Notes: generated by a model not told the origin, from the letters alone. A stretch of 64,000 bases of DNA from Candidatus Wallbacteria bacterium GWC2_49_35 (GCA_001791795.1 MGFH01000236.1:288-64287), one strand, 5' to 3'; positions 17,524 through 28,001 are shown, counted from the stretch's first letter. Translations and numbers: made by a program.

Positions 17524-18681
17524 ATGCATGTTTACGTACACATACCTTTCTGTCTGAAAAAGTGCGCCTATTGCGATTTCGCGTCGACGGGGCTCGACGC
17601 CTTCAGTGGGCGGCCCCCTCTGGATGAGTATTTCCGGGCGCTGACCGCCGAGATCGAATCCCGGGCCCCGCTCATGGATGACACTTCGGTGAGCACCATT
17701 TATTTCGGCGGCGGCACCCCGGGCGCCGGCGGCATTGAAAACCTTCTGAAAACGCTGGATCTTTTAAAAAATATTTTTACGTTAGAGCCCGGGTGCGAGA
17801 TCACGGTCGAAACCAATCCGAAGACGTTCGGGGCCTCCGATTATAAAAGGCTCGTTTTCGGCGGTTTCAACAGGATATCCATCGGAGTGCAGAGTTTGAA
17901 CGACGAAGTTTTGAAGCGGCTGGGGCGCGTTCACGACTCCCTGGAGGCTGAAACTGCCTCAAAAGAAGCGCGCGGCGCCGGCTTCGGGAACGTCAGCGTC
18001 GACTTTATGATCGGCGTCCCCTATGAAAAGGGTCGTTCGGCTGTCAAAACCGATTTTTCGGGTCTCGGTCGCCTCGGCGCCGGCCACGTTTCGGTCTATC
18101 AGTTCTCGGTATGCGAAGGTACTCCGATCGCTTCGCGCGTTCGGCGCGGCGAACTCATCGCGCTTACCGACGAAGAAATGGCGGCGGAATATACGCTCGC
18201 CTGTTCGTCGCTCGAAAAAGCCGGCTTCGCGCAGTACGAGATCTCAAACTTCGCAAGCAGCGCGGAATTTATTTCAAGGCATAATTATTCGTACTGGCTG
18301 AAACACGATTACGCGGGTTTTGGCGCCGGCGCGGTTTCCACGATAAAAAACGCGAGGCAGTCCAACTGCCGTGAAATATCAGATTATATAAACGGAATTA
18401 AAACGGGCCGGTATTTCGAGACCGAAATTCTAGGCCCCGGTGAGCAGAGGCTCGAAAAGATAATGCTCGCGCTCAGAACGGCGGAGGGCCTTGCGGCGGA
18501 AGAGCTGGCAGAAGGCGGGTGCGAAATCCTTTTGAAAAGCCCGATCATAAAAAGGCTCGCCGATGACGGCTACGCGTTTTTACGCGGCGGAAGGCTGTCT
18601 TTAAGCGTCAAAGGCTTTCTGGTAATGAATAAAATAGCCCTGACGGTCGCGGAGATTCTCCCGGCCGCGGAACAACATTAA
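17524..18681 (+). CDS. hemW: Radical SAM heme chaperone HemW / oxygen-independent coproporphyrinogen oxidase-like
   Basis: MHVYVHIPFCLKKCAYCDF (CxxxCxxC); GGGTP; HemN_C-like tail. Confidence 0.85.
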   Translation: MHVYVHIPFCLKKCAYCDFASTGLDAFSGRPPLDEYFRALTAEIESRAPLMDDTSVSTIYFGGGTPGAGGIENLLKTLDLLKNIFTLEPGCEITVETNPKTFGASDYKRLVFGGFNRISIGVQSLNDEVLKRLGRVHDSLEAETASKEARGAGFGNVSVDFMIGVPYEKGRSAVKTDFSGLGRLGAGHVSVYQFSVCEGTPIASRVRRGELIALTDEEMAAEYTLACSSLEKAGFAQYEISNFASSAEFISRHNYSYWLKHDYAGFGAGAVSTIKNARQSNCREISDYINGIKTGRYFETEILGPGEQRLEKIMLALRTAEGLAAEELAEGGCEILLKSPIIKRLADDGYAFLRGGRLSLSVKGFLVMNKIALTVAEILPAAEQH

Positions 18682-18723
18682 AGGCGGACCGGCATTGCGG
18701 AAGCCGCCCTGTTAGGAGTTTTT

Positions 18724-20235
18724 ATGCAAAACGAAAATAAAACGCGCAACGGTAAAACCACGCTTAAAATTTTATCGGCGGCTGCCGTTCTGGTTTTTAC
18801 CGTGTTCGCCTTGAGCGCTCACTGCGGGGCCGAAGACATCGTTCTGACCGATAACGTTTTTTTAAACCTTGTCAAATATTACGCTCAGAGCGGCGATATC
18901 GAACGCGCCATGCTCGAATTGAAGAAATTAAGGCAGCTTTCTCCCGATAACGCCGAGTATAAAAAATTCGAAGAGGTCCTCAGGACCGAAAACGAAAAAT
19001 GGTCGCGGACTTTCTCCGAAGACCGCCGCGAGGCTCAGGATAAACCGCCCGCATTTAATTCCGCGCCGTCGGCCAAAGCGCCCGAGCCTGAAGACGATCT
19101 TCCGAAGGAGGTCGTCGAAAAAAACGCGCTTGTTGCCAGAGGCCGCCTGCGCTATGTTTATGAACTTATCGCGCGCGGCGAGCAGGTCCAGGCAGTCTCT
19201 AAGTTAAGAGAGATCGTCGAGTCGGAGCCGCGTTTCTACGAAGCGAACAATCTGCTCGGCGACCTTTACCTGGGCAGGAAAAACTATGAAGATGCACTCG
19301 CGGCCTTCCAGCGCGCGCTCAATATAAGGCAGGACGCCGAGCTCAACTATAAGCTCGGGCTGTGCTACAAGGCGCTCAACAACATCGATAACGCCATCAT
19401 ACGCTTCGACACCGCGGCCCGGATGAACCCGGCCCACGAGATGGCGAATTTGAATCTGGCCAATATATGGCGCTTTCGCAAGAATTTCAAACTGGCGAAA
19501 GGCTATTACGAGCAGGCGCTCAAGGCCAACCGCAAGCTGGTTGAAGCGCACCTTGGCATGGCCGACTGCATTTTCAACGAAGGCAATATCGACGAGGCCA
19601 CCCGGGCCTATGCCTTTATAGTCACCAATTTTCCGGCCGAATACAGCGGCTATCTCGGCCTGGCAAGAATCCTTATACACAACGGCCAGCCCAAGGAGGC
19701 GCGCGTCGCCATACTCAAGGCGCGCGAGATCGCCCCGCAGAATTCCCAGGTCTATGAAATGCTCGGAATACTCGCCCACAGCCAGAAAGACAACAAAACC
19801 GCCGTCGAAAGTTTCAAAAGGGCGGTCATGCTCGATTCCGGAAGCATTACCGCCTATCAGAGCCTCATAAACGTCCTTATCGACGAGAAAAAATTCGAAG
19901 AGGCTCTCACGCAGATAAAGAACTGCCTCGTTAAATTTCCGGCCAACCCTCGCCTGTATTATCTCGCCGGAATAATTTACTCCGGTTTTAAGAACGACGC
20001 CCTGGCGCTGAAAAATCTTCTCGAATCATATAAGCTCGATTCCGGGAACATCGAGGTGATCCTGGCGATCGCGATACTGCATGAAAAGAATTTTAAATAT
20101 AAAGACTCGCTCGAAAAGTACCGCGAGGCGCTTTTGATCGCCGAAGAGAATAAAGACATGCGCTATATCAATAATATCCACGAGCGTATAGATTCGCTGG
20201 AGAAACAAGTTGAAAAATACGCTGAAGGTAAATAG
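18724..20235 (+). CDS. Secreted TPR-repeat protein (possibly TadD-like; speculative)
   Basis: 503 aa with signal peptide TLKILSAAAVLVFTVFALSAHCGA and multiple TPR units. Confidence 0.7.
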   Translation: MQNENKTRNGKTTLKILSAAAVLVFTVFALSAHCGAEDIVLTDNVFLNLVKYYAQSGDIERAMLELKKLRQLSPDNAEYKKFEEVLRTENEKWSRTFSEDRREAQDKPPAFNSAPSAKAPEPEDDLPKEVVEKNALVARGRLRYVYELIARGEQVQAVSKLREIVESEPRFYEANNLLGDLYLGRKNYEDALAAFQRALNIRQDAELNYKLGLCYKALNNIDNAIIRFDTAARMNPAHEMANLNLANIWRFRKNFKLAKGYYEQALKANRKLVEAHLGMADCIFNEGNIDEATRAYAFIVTNFPAEYSGYLGLARILIHNGQPKEARVAILKAREIAPQNSQVYEMLGILAHSQKDNKTAVESFKRAVMLDSGSITAYQSLINVLIDEKKFEEALTQIKNCLVKFPANPRLYYLAGIIYSGFKNDALALKNLLESYKLDSGNIEVILAIAILHEKNFKYKDSLEKYREALLIAEENKDMRYINNIHERIDSLEKQVEKYAEGK

Positions 20236-20734
20236 CAGAACGCGCTTTCTGGTGAACTGCTCGCTGGCCGCGGCCATGGGCTTCGTGCTCTCTTACATAA
20301 AGCTGTTCACCATGCCGCAGGGCGGTTCGGTCACTCTGGCGCCGGTGGCGGTCATATTCGTTTCGCTGGTTTCGGGGGCGCGGGCGGGTGCTGTGACGGG
20401 CTGCCTGCTGGGGGCTCTCAAGATCATTACCGGAGGGCATGTCATAGGATGGGCCCAGGCGGTCCTCGACTATCCGGCCGCCTACGCGTCGCTTGCGGTC
20501 GCGGGCTTCGCGCCGAGAAACGACGCGGTAGCCGTAATAGTTTTTTCCACCGCCGCCTTCGCGCTTAAAACGGCGGCGCACGTGTATTCGGGTTATCTTT
20601 TTTTCGGAGGCAGCCTCAAGGCTTCTTTGATATATAATCTGTCCTTTTCCCTGCCGGAATTCGCGCTGTGCTCACTTGCGCTATACACGCTAATGAAAAA
20701 CGGCGCCGCGGCCGGCTTGCGCGGCGGGACATAA
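20210..20734 (+). CDS. ThiT-like ECF-transporter S component (thiamine)
   Basis: 174 aa, ~6 TM segments, FTMPQGGSVTLAP motif as in ThiT/YuaJ. TTG start overlaps the upstream gene by 26 nt. Confidence 0.55.
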   Translation: MKNTLKVNSRTRFLVNCSLAAAMGFVLSYIKLFTMPQGGSVTLAPVAVIFVSLVSGARAGAVTGCLLGALKIITGGHVIGWAQAVLDYPAAYASLAVAGFAPRNDAVAVIVFSTAAFALKTAAHVYSGYLFFGGSLKASLIYNLSFSLPEFALCSLALYTLMKNGAAAGLRGGT

Positions 20735-20756
20735 AGTAAACTTTTCGGAGGTAGAT

Positions 20757-23657
20757 ATGGCGACCGATCTTGATTTTTTATTGCTGCAGCTTAATTCGAC
20801 GAAGCCGCAGGAAAAGAAAAAAGCCGTGGCGGCCATCGAGAAAAATGCGTGTTTAGAGGCGGCGCCCGCGCTTGTGAACATCCTTGCCGCCGACCGGGAC
20901 GAATCCCTTCGCGCCTGCGCGGCCAAAGCGCTTGGCGCGCTCAACTATGCCCCGGCGCGCAAAAGTCTTTTAAGCGCCATGGAGAGCGGTTCCGACGAAG
21001 TGTGCTACTTCGCGTCGCACGCGCTGGCGGCTATAAATTCCGACGGCTGCGCGGCCGAAATTTTCCGGGCGATGAAGGACGAGGACGGCCTTTCTGAAAA
21101 AGCTTTTTACTGGTACGCCCATACGCTGGTTAAAATGGGCGGCGACTCGCTTTCATACCTTGTTTCTCTTCTTGAAACTCCATCGTGGACCAAAAGAAGA
21201 ATAATAGGCGACCTTCTTTCCGCCGCGGGTGAAAACGCCGAAGTATTCCTGATAAACGGCCTGGGCGAAGGCAATTCCGACAGACGCTTCTGGTGCGCGA
21301 ATATTCTCGGAAAGCTCGGCGGCAAAGACGCGGTGGACGCGCTCGTCAATTTCGTCGACGACGAGAACGACGACATCAGGACCGCCGTTATAACTTCGCT
21401 CGGCGAGATCGGCAGCAAACAGGCCATCGAAGTGCTGAAAAAATCCCTTAAAAGCCCCAAAAAAGAGACGCGCCACAAATCGATAGAGGTTCTAGGCCGC
21501 TTCGGCGAGGAAATCATCGAGTCGCTCATCGAATCGCTGAGCGACGATTACTGGTACGTCAGGGACTGCGCCTGCCGGGCGCTGGCGAAACTCGGCAAGA
21601 AGGTCGTGCCGCACCTTGCGAAGGCCTACCGCAGCGGAAACGAAGATATCCGCATATCGGCGATAAAGGCCCTTTACGAAACCGGCATCGACTCGCTGGA
21701 AGTGCTTATAACCGCCCTTTCCGACAATTACGAACCAATATGCAAAAAGGCGGCCGACGCTCTGGCAAAAATTGGAAAACCCGTATTGGAAAGGCTTGTA
21801 GAGATCTATAAAAGCGGGGCCGGTACCGTGCAGGTCCGGAAATGGATCATTTACATCATGGGCGAGGTCGCCGGCGGAAGCTCCGAAAAGGCGGTCCGTG
21901 AAATTATAATGGACGCTCTCGACTCAAGAGAACTGACCATGAGATACGGTGCCGTATGCGCGCTGAAAAACTTCCGCGACCCTCGGACGATCGAAAAACT
22001 GATAGGACTGATGGCCGACATACACGAAGAGATAAGGGAAAAATCCGTCGAGAACCTGCTTTACATGGCGGCGAGTTCCATGGAACTTCTCGTGAGATCG
22101 CTGAACCACGAAAACTGGGTTGTGAGGAAGAACGCGGCGTACGTCCTCGGAAAATTCGGTTCCATGGCCATTAGCGAACTTATGAAGGTGCTCGAAAGCG
22201 GCAACGAGAACTCCCGTTACTGGGCGATAAAAGCGCTCGGGCAGATCGGCGTCGAGGCCTCCGGCCCGCTTTTAAAGTCACTCGACGATCCCGACTGGCA
22301 GGTAAGAAAGAATTCCGCGGACTCGCTCAGCGAGATAGGCTCGGAAGTGGCGAAACCTCTGGTCAATCAGCTGATAAAAGCTATACCGCCGGCCAATTCG
22401 AATCTTTTTTACTGGTCGCGTTACGTTCTTATAAATATAGGCTCCGAATCCATACCGCTTATAGCGAGGCTGCTGCAGACCGACAGCGCCGATCTCAAAC
22501 TTCTGGCCGTCGGCGCGCTGGGGCGTTTCACTAAAAAACGCGAAGCGTATCAGCTTATAAAAGACGCGGTCCACGACGAGAACGGCGAGGTCGCAAAAAA
22601 AGCCGTGGAGTGCCTGGGTGCTTTCAACGAAAGCGAAACGGTCGAAATACTTTTAAATATCGCGGAGAAGACCTCCGAGGACGACGAGCTGGCACTGGCT
22701 CTGGTTAACTCGCTCTCGAAACTCGAATCGGAACCCGCTCTTGCTTACCTGTACAGAATGCTTAAATCGGTGAAATGGGTCGTAAGACAGAAGACGATGG
22801 CGGCGTTTTATAATTTGTCCGAAAAATTCCGCGAGCGCGTCGAAACCGAGAAAATAATCGCCGTGCTTTCCGACGACGTTCCGGCGGTCGCGTCATTGGC
22901 CGCGGGTTTTCTGGCCTCGCTCAAGAGTGAAAAGGCGCAGATCGCCGTGGTCAGGCTTCTGAAAGAAAAAAAATTCGTCGCGGAAATCTTCGCTTCGCTC
23001 TCGCGCAACCCCGATTTCAAGAGTAAAGACCTTGTTTTTTCATATGTGCGGGACGGCGACAAAAAGATAAGGGCCGGCGCGGCCTCCGTAATCGGCCTGA
23101 TAGGCAGCAAGGCCGACGCGGCCGGGCTTACGGCGCTTCTTTCCGACGATTACGCGGTAGTGCGCATGGCGGCGCTTCACGCCATCAATATGATAAACTC
23201 CAGGCATTCCGAAACTCCCCGGACCGTTTTCGGGCCTGCGGCAGACGGTTCCGTGTCGGCGGCCGCTCCGGCGGCGGGCAAAGTGGCCGGCGAGGCCGCG
23301 CAGTTCTACCAGGCGGGCCTTTACTACGCCAAGAACGGCGAGACCGAAAAAGCCGTCATGGCCTACCAGAAAGCCATAGCCGCCGATCCGGGGTTCGTCG
23401 AGGCTTACTGCAAAATAGGCCTGCTTCTGGAGGAAAAAGGCTATTATGAAAAAGCCGCCGCTTTTTTAAAGAAGGCAATAGAGATATCGCCCGATTTCGC
23501 TCTGGCGCACCTTTATCTGGGAATAGTGCTCAGCATGACGGGGCGTAATTTCGACGCCGTCGGCGAGCTTAAAAAGGTAATAAAACTCGAAGCGGGAAGC
23601 GAAATGGCAGACACGGCGAAAAAGATAATCGAAAAGATAAGGAAAACCATCACTTAA
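20757..23657 (+). CDS. HEAT-repeat protein with C-terminal TPR region, 966 aa
   Basis: DDYWYVRDCACRALAKLG, ENWVVRKNAAYVLGKFG, DPDWQVRKNSADSLSEIG, DDYAVVRMAALHAI. The C-terminal TPR reads YYAKNGETEKAVMAYQKAIAADP... Confidence 0.8.
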   Translation: MATDLDFLLLQLNSTKPQEKKKAVAAIEKNACLEAAPALVNILAADRDESLRACAAKALGALNYAPARKSLLSAMESGSDEVCYFASHALAAINSDGCAAEIFRAMKDEDGLSEKAFYWYAHTLVKMGGDSLSYLVSLLETPSWTKRRIIGDLLSAAGENAEVFLINGLGEGNSDRRFWCANILGKLGGKDAVDALVNFVDDENDDIRTAVITSLGEIGSKQAIEVLKKSLKSPKKETRHKSIEVLGRFGEEIIESLIESLSDDYWYVRDCACRALAKLGKKVVPHLAKAYRSGNEDIRISAIKALYETGIDSLEVLITALSDNYEPICKKAADALAKIGKPVLERLVEIYKSGAGTVQVRKWIIYIMGEVAGGSSEKAVREIIMDALDSRELTMRYGAVCALKNFRDPRTIEKLIGLMADIHEEIREKSVENLLYMAASSMELLVRSLNHENWVVRKNAAYVLGKFGSMAISELMKVLESGNENSRYWAIKALGQIGVEASGPLLKSLDDPDWQVRKNSADSLSEIGSEVAKPLVNQLIKAIPPANSNLFYWSRYVLINIGSESIPLIARLLQTDSADLKLLAVGALGRFTKKREAYQLIKDAVHDENGEVAKKAVECLGAFNESETVEILLNIAEKTSEDDELALALVNSLSKLESEPALAYLYRMLKSVKWVVRQKTMAAFYNLSEKFRERVETEKIIAVLSDDVPAVASLAAGFLASLKSEKAQIAVVRLLKEKKFVAEIFASLSRNPDFKSKDLVFSYVRDGDKKIRAGAASVIGLIGSKADAAGLTALLSDDYAVVRMAALHAINMINSRHSETPRTVFGPAADGSVSAAAPAAGKVAGEAAQFYQAGLYYAKNGETEKAVMAYQKAIAADPGFVEAYCKIGLLLEEKGYYEKAAAFLKKAIEISPDFALAHLYLGIVLSMTGRNFDAVGELKKVIKLEAGSEMADTAKKIIEKIRKTIT

Positions 23658-23671
23658 TAAAGCGTTGATTT

Positions 23672-24631
23672 ATGAAATTAAACGAAAAAAAAACCGCGGG
23701 AGCGAAGAAAATTCCGGTTATCGTGGGCCCCACGGCTTCCGGTAAAACCGCTCTGGCGGTCAAAATCGCGAAGAATTTCGGCGCCGAAATAATATCGTGC
23801 GACTCCAGGCAGATTTATAAATTCATGGATATCGGGACCGCCAAACCTTCCGCCGCGCAGCTCGCCGAGGTCAGGCACCACCTGATAGATATCATTACGC
23901 CCGATCAGTCGTTTTCCTACGCGGATTTCGCCGCGCGCGCAGCGGAGACCATAAAGGATATACTCGGCCGCGGAAAGCTTCCGATCATAGTCGGCGGAAC
24001 GGGCTTTTACCTCGACGGTCTGATAAACGGCATTTCGCAGATACCAGAGCTGGATCAGGGGGAGGCGCGCCGGCTTCGCGGCGAGCTCGAACTCAGGGAA
24101 ACTGCATTCCTGGTGAGCGAGCTCAGAAAACTCGACATGGAATCCGCGTCGCGTATCAAATTCAACGACAGGCAAAGGCTGGTACGCGCCATAATAGTGT
24201 CTAAGCTTTCAGGAGCGCCGTTTTCGTCCTATAAAGACGTGAGGGAAAAGAATAACGATTATAATTATTTAATTTTTGGATTGACAAAATCAAGGGAACT
24301 GCTATATAATAATATAAACTCGAGGGTCGAGCAGATGTTTAACGACGGCCTGGCGGATGAGGTAGGTTCGCTCCTTAAAATGGGCTATTGCCGGCTTATG
24401 CCGGGGATGAAATCGATCGGGTATCAGGAGTGCATCGAATACCTGAACGGCACGGTCACGTTTCCTGAGGCGGCTGAGCGCGTAAAGCAGAACACCAGAA
24501 ATTACGCTAAAAGACAGCTTACCTATTTTAAAAAATTCGAGTTTTATAAATGGTTTGAAAAAGACGATATTTCCGTTGACGATTTCAGCGTATATGAAGC
24601 GGTAATGGACGGTATTTCTAAAAATATATAA
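23672..24631 (+). CDS. miaA: tRNA dimethylallyltransferase
   Basis: IPVIVGPTASGKTALAV...ISCDSRQIYKFMDIGTAKPS...HHLID. Confidence 0.9.
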   Translation: MKLNEKKTAGAKKIPVIVGPTASGKTALAVKIAKNFGAEIISCDSRQIYKFMDIGTAKPSAAQLAEVRHHLIDIITPDQSFSYADFAARAAETIKDILGRGKLPIIVGGTGFYLDGLINGISQIPELDQGEARRLRGELELRETAFLVSELRKLDMESASRIKFNDRQRLVRAIIVSKLSGAPFSSYKDVREKNNDYNYLIFGLTKSRELLYNNINSRVEQMFNDGLADEVGSLLKMGYCRLMPGMKSIGYQECIEYLNGTVTFPEAAERVKQNTRNYAKRQLTYFKKFEFYKWFEKDDISVDDFSVYEAVMDGISKNI

Positions 24632-24646
24632 AGAGGTGCGGGTCAA

Positions 24647-24916
24647 ATGAGTAAAGTCAATATCCAGGACGTATTTTTAAACGCGGTAAGAAAAGATAAG
24701 ATACCCATAACGATATACACCATGAACGGCGTTAAGATAATGGGAAACGTTATATCTTTCGACACGTTTACGGTCATGCTAAACACCAACGTTGGCCAGC
24801 AGCTCATATTCAAGCACGCCGTATCGACCATAATCCCCTCTAAAAACGTCAGCCTCATGATCGAAGACGATCCGAAAGTTAAACCCGCCAGCGATAACGG
24901 ACAGGAATCAAAATAA
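24647..24916 (+). CDS. hfq: RNA chaperone Hfq
   Basis: IQDVFLNAVRKDKIPITIYTMNGVKIMGNVISFDTFTVML...QLIFKHAVSTI (Sm1/Sm2). miaA-hfq synteny. Confidence 0.9.
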   Translation: MSKVNIQDVFLNAVRKDKIPITIYTMNGVKIMGNVISFDTFTVMLNTNVGQQLIFKHAVSTIIPSKNVSLMIEDDPKVKPASDNGQESK

Positions 24917-24990
24917 ACCCCGTAATGGACCGGGTCCGTTAAACGCAAATAATTCGCAGCAGCATCAGGGGGGCTAGCAGTTAAAAGATT

Positions 24991-26772
24991 ATGTCAGAAT
25001 TTTTAAGAAAAAAGAAAATAGGCCAGATATTCATAGAAATGGGCGTCATCGATGACGCGAAGCTCGATTGGGCCCTTCAGAAACAGCAGGAGACCAACCA
25101 GCTGCTCGGCCATACGCTGCTCGCGGCCGGTTATATCACCGAAGACGATCTGGCCATAGCCCTGGCCAAGCAGTTTGACGTTCCCTACATCGACCTGAAA
25201 GACGTCACCGTTTCCGATGAAGCCAAAAGGTCCGTTCCGGCCAACCTTCTTCAGACCGGAGAGTTCGTGCCGCTCGAAATCGTCAATAAGACCCTCACCA
25301 TCGCGGTGAGCGATCCTACTAACTATGAACTTATCGACAGGCTTTCGACGGTCACCGGCTACGAATTAAAATATGTGCTTTCCACCCAGTCTCAGATACG
25401 TTCGTTTCTCGGGCTCCCTCCGCTGACGGGCCCTCCCGGTGAAACAGCTCCCGCCTCCGGCGGCGAAGGCGGCGGCGAGGGCGGCGGCGAAGGAAGCGAG
25501 CCCCAGAACGACGACCCCGTTTCCGACGTCAACCTCGAATTCGAAAGCGACGGCGACGAGGACGGCAAGGCCGACATACTCAAGCAGCAGGCCGACCAGA
25601 AGCCTATCATATTGCTGGTCAACAAAATAATATTGAACGCGGTCAATAAAAGGTGTTCCGACATTCACATCGAATCCTGGGATACGAAGATCGTTGTCCG
25701 CTACCGTCTCGACGGCATACTGACCGAGCAGATGACGATCGCTAAAAAAGCCGGCCCCGCCATAATCTCCCGCATAAAGATCATGTCCGATCTCAATATC
25801 GCCGAGCGTTCCGTCCCTCAGGACGGCGCGTTCTCGATCAAGCTCGGCAAAAAGACGGTCGACTTCCGTATATCCATAATCCCGTGCTGCGAAGGCGAAT
25901 GCGCCTGTCTTCGTATACTCGCCAAAGAAAACCTTAAACTCGACCTGAAAGCCCTCGGCTTCAGCGACATCGAATATGACAGGTTCAACCGAGCCATCAG
26001 AAGACCTTACGGCATTATCCTCGTTTCCGGACCCACGGGCTCCGGAAAAACGACGACGCTTTATGCAGCCCTGCAGTCGCTTAACGATGCGGAAACTAAG
26101 ATCATAACCGCCGAAGATCCTGTCGAGTATAAACTCTCGGGCCTCAACCAGATCAACGTTAAAATCAATAAAACCGACCCGGACCGCTCGCTCACTTTCG
26201 GCAAGGCGCTCAAAGCCATGCTGCGTCATGACCCCGACATAATCCTGCTCGGAGAAATACGTGAGCACGAAACCGCCGATATCGCCATCAAAGCGGCGCT
26301 TACTGGTCACCTAGTGTTTTCGACCGTTCACGCCAACAACGCCATCGACGTTATAGGCCGTATGGCCGATATGGACATCGACCGCTACCTTCTCGCGGCC
26401 GCATTCATACAGGTTATCGCGCAGCGTCTGGTTAAAACCATTTGCAAGAGCTGTATAGAAGAATACACCCCGACCGAAGAAGACTTCAAATTCGCCGACC
26501 TTCTGGCCCCCGAGTACAAGGAAATCAAATATTACAAGGGCGCCGGCTGCCAGAACTGCGGCGGCAAGGGCTACAAGGGCAGGGCCGCCGTTTACGAGAT
26601 CCTCGACATCGACGACGAATTGCGTGCGATGATAGCCGGCGGCCAGTCTTTGTACGAAATTAAAAGGGTCGGTCTCGAAAAAGGAATGACCACTATCCAC
26701 GGCTCCACGCTCACGAAGATAAGAAAGGGCGAGACGACCATTCAGGAACTCATAAGAGTCTGCGCGGCATAA
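24991..26772 (+). CDS. pilB: Type IV pilus assembly ATPase PilB/GspE family with MshEN-like N-terminal domain
   Basis: Walker A SGPTGSGKTTTL; AEDPVEY; DIILLGEIR; GHLVFSTVHAN; Zn cysteines CKSC...CQNCGGKG. The N-terminus has tandem 24-residue MshEN-type motifs. Confidence 0.9.
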   Translation: MSEFLRKKKIGQIFIEMGVIDDAKLDWALQKQQETNQLLGHTLLAAGYITEDDLAIALAKQFDVPYIDLKDVTVSDEAKRSVPANLLQTGEFVPLEIVNKTLTIAVSDPTNYELIDRLSTVTGYELKYVLSTQSQIRSFLGLPPLTGPPGETAPASGGEGGGEGGGEGSEPQNDDPVSDVNLEFESDGDEDGKADILKQQADQKPIILLVNKIILNAVNKRCSDIHIESWDTKIVVRYRLDGILTEQMTIAKKAGPAIISRIKIMSDLNIAERSVPQDGAFSIKLGKKTVDFRISIIPCCEGECACLRILAKENLKLDLKALGFSDIEYDRFNRAIRRPYGIILVSGPTGSGKTTTLYAALQSLNDAETKIITAEDPVEYKLSGLNQINVKINKTDPDRSLTFGKALKAMLRHDPDIILLGEIREHETADIAIKAALTGHLVFSTVHANNAIDVIGRMADMDIDRYLLAAAFIQVIAQRLVKTICKSCIEEYTPTEEDFKFADLLAPEYKEIKYYKGAGCQNCGGKGYKGRAAVYEILDIDDELRAMIAGGQSLYEIKRVGLEKGMTTIHGSTLTKIRKGETTIQELIRVCAA

Positions 26773-26814
26773 TTTATTTCATGAACTCCGCGCTCCGCGG
26801 TTTAATATAATATC

Positions 26815-26850
26815 ATAAAAAAGGGGCGTATCCGTGCGCCTCTTTTTTTA
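26815..26850 (+). terminator. Rho-independent terminator after pilB
   Basis: In AAAAAAGGGGCGtatccgtgCGCCTCTTTTTTT, the stem 26823-26828 pairs with 26837-26842, then a U-run. Confidence 0.55.
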
Positions 26851-26939
26851 TAAAAAAAAATTATTTTTTCCTTTTTTTTACCGATTAATAAAATAGTGAA
26901 AGAATATCAGCGTTAAATTTATTGTTTGGAGTTGGCTAA

Positions 26940-28001
26940 ATGGCAAGGCCCATGGTTTGCATAGACCTAGGTTCGAAATTTATTAAAGCCGCCGTCCTCA
27001 AATCCAAAAAGGACGGCGATAAACATATAACGCTCGCGAAGTTCGGAATGGTCGAAACACCCGAAAAGGCCATGGTCAACGTTTTTTCAGATAAACCGAT
27101 CTCGAAGCCCAAGGAAGTGCAGGCGAAACTGAAAGAGCTGGTGACTAAAACCGGCATAAAAGGGTATGACGCCATTTTATTGATCCCCGATTATCTGGCC
27201 GTGGCCAACTGGCTCAATATGCCCGTCAAGGCGAAAGACGCCATCGACAAGGCGATTCCTTCGACCCTTAGCCCGCTGCTGCCTCTCGAGCTCGACAAAT
27301 GGTTCTACGATTACCAGATCGTGGAAAACTCCAAGAAGCAGACGACCGTCGTCGCGCAGGCCATCCTGAAGAACAATTTATTCGACCTTGGCGATCTGAT
27401 CGCCAACGCCGGGCTTAATATAGCCGGCATCGACACGACATTTTTCAACCTTATGAACCTGCTTCATCCTTATTATACCGACGCGGAGGTCGAAAAGAAG
27501 AATATCGCCGTGGTATATATGGGACATGAGGCCACGAGCGTCGCGTTCCTGAAAGAAAGCGTCATAAAGAGTTCGCGCTCGCTGCCTCTAGGCGGGGCCG
27601 CATTCACCAAAAACATCATGGAGGCCAGAAGATGCGACGAGGTCGCGGCTGAAAAGATAAAAAAAGAAGAGGAAATATTTTTAAAGGATAATCCGGACAA
27701 GCAGAATAAAGTGGAACTTTATAACATTATAAAACCTTCATTCGGCGAACTGATAAAGGGCATTTACAACTCGATAGATCAGTATCTGGCGCGTTTCCGC
27801 GAGTTCAAGATACACGAGATCATACTCTGCGGCGGCACTTCTAATTTCCGCAATATAAATAACGCGATGCAGCTGCACCTGAACACTAAAACCGTCATGC
27901 TTTCTGAAATATTTACGATAGATTCCGCGTCGAAGACCGTTTTGAGCGAAGACGAGAAGAACTGCCTGCAGTGCTGCGTCGGAGGACTTTTAAGGAACTG
28001 A
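26940..28001 (+). CDS. pilM: Type IV pilus assembly protein PilM (actin-like ATPase fold)
   Basis: 353 aa; the N-terminus VCIDLGSKFIKAAVL and the gene's position before pilN/pilO-like genes support the call. Confidence 0.8.
   Translation: MARPMVCIDLGSKFIKAAVLKSKKDGDKHITLAKFGMVETPEKAMVNVFSDKPISKPKEVQAKLKELVTKTGIKGYDAILLIPDYLAVANWLNMPVKAKDAIDKAIPSTLSPLLPLELDKWFYDYQIVENSKKQTTVVAQAILKNNLFDLGDLIANAGLNIAGIDTTFFNLMNLLHPYYTDAEVEKKNIAVVYMGHEATSVAFLKESVIKSSRSLPLGGAAFTKNIMEARRCDEVAAEKIKKEEEIFLKDNPDKQNKVELYNIIKPSFGELIKGIYNSIDQYLARFREFKIHEIILCGGTSNFRNINNAMQLHLNTKTVMLSEIFTIDSASKTVLSEDEKNCLQCCVGGLLRN

Noticed and set aside
24917-24990. Hairpin AATGGAccgggTCCGTT after hfq as a terminator.
   Set aside because: It is a short 6-bp stem with a wobble pair and has no U-tract.
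25459-25494. 12-nt tandem repeat GGCGGCGA(A/G)GG(C/A) x3.
   Set aside because: It encodes the in-frame GGEG x3 linker between the MshEN-like and ATPase domains of PilB. It is coding low complexity, not a separate feature.
25366-26310. 314-aa minus-strand ORF.
   Set aside because: It is antisense to the pilB ATPase domain and is a typical shadow ORF.
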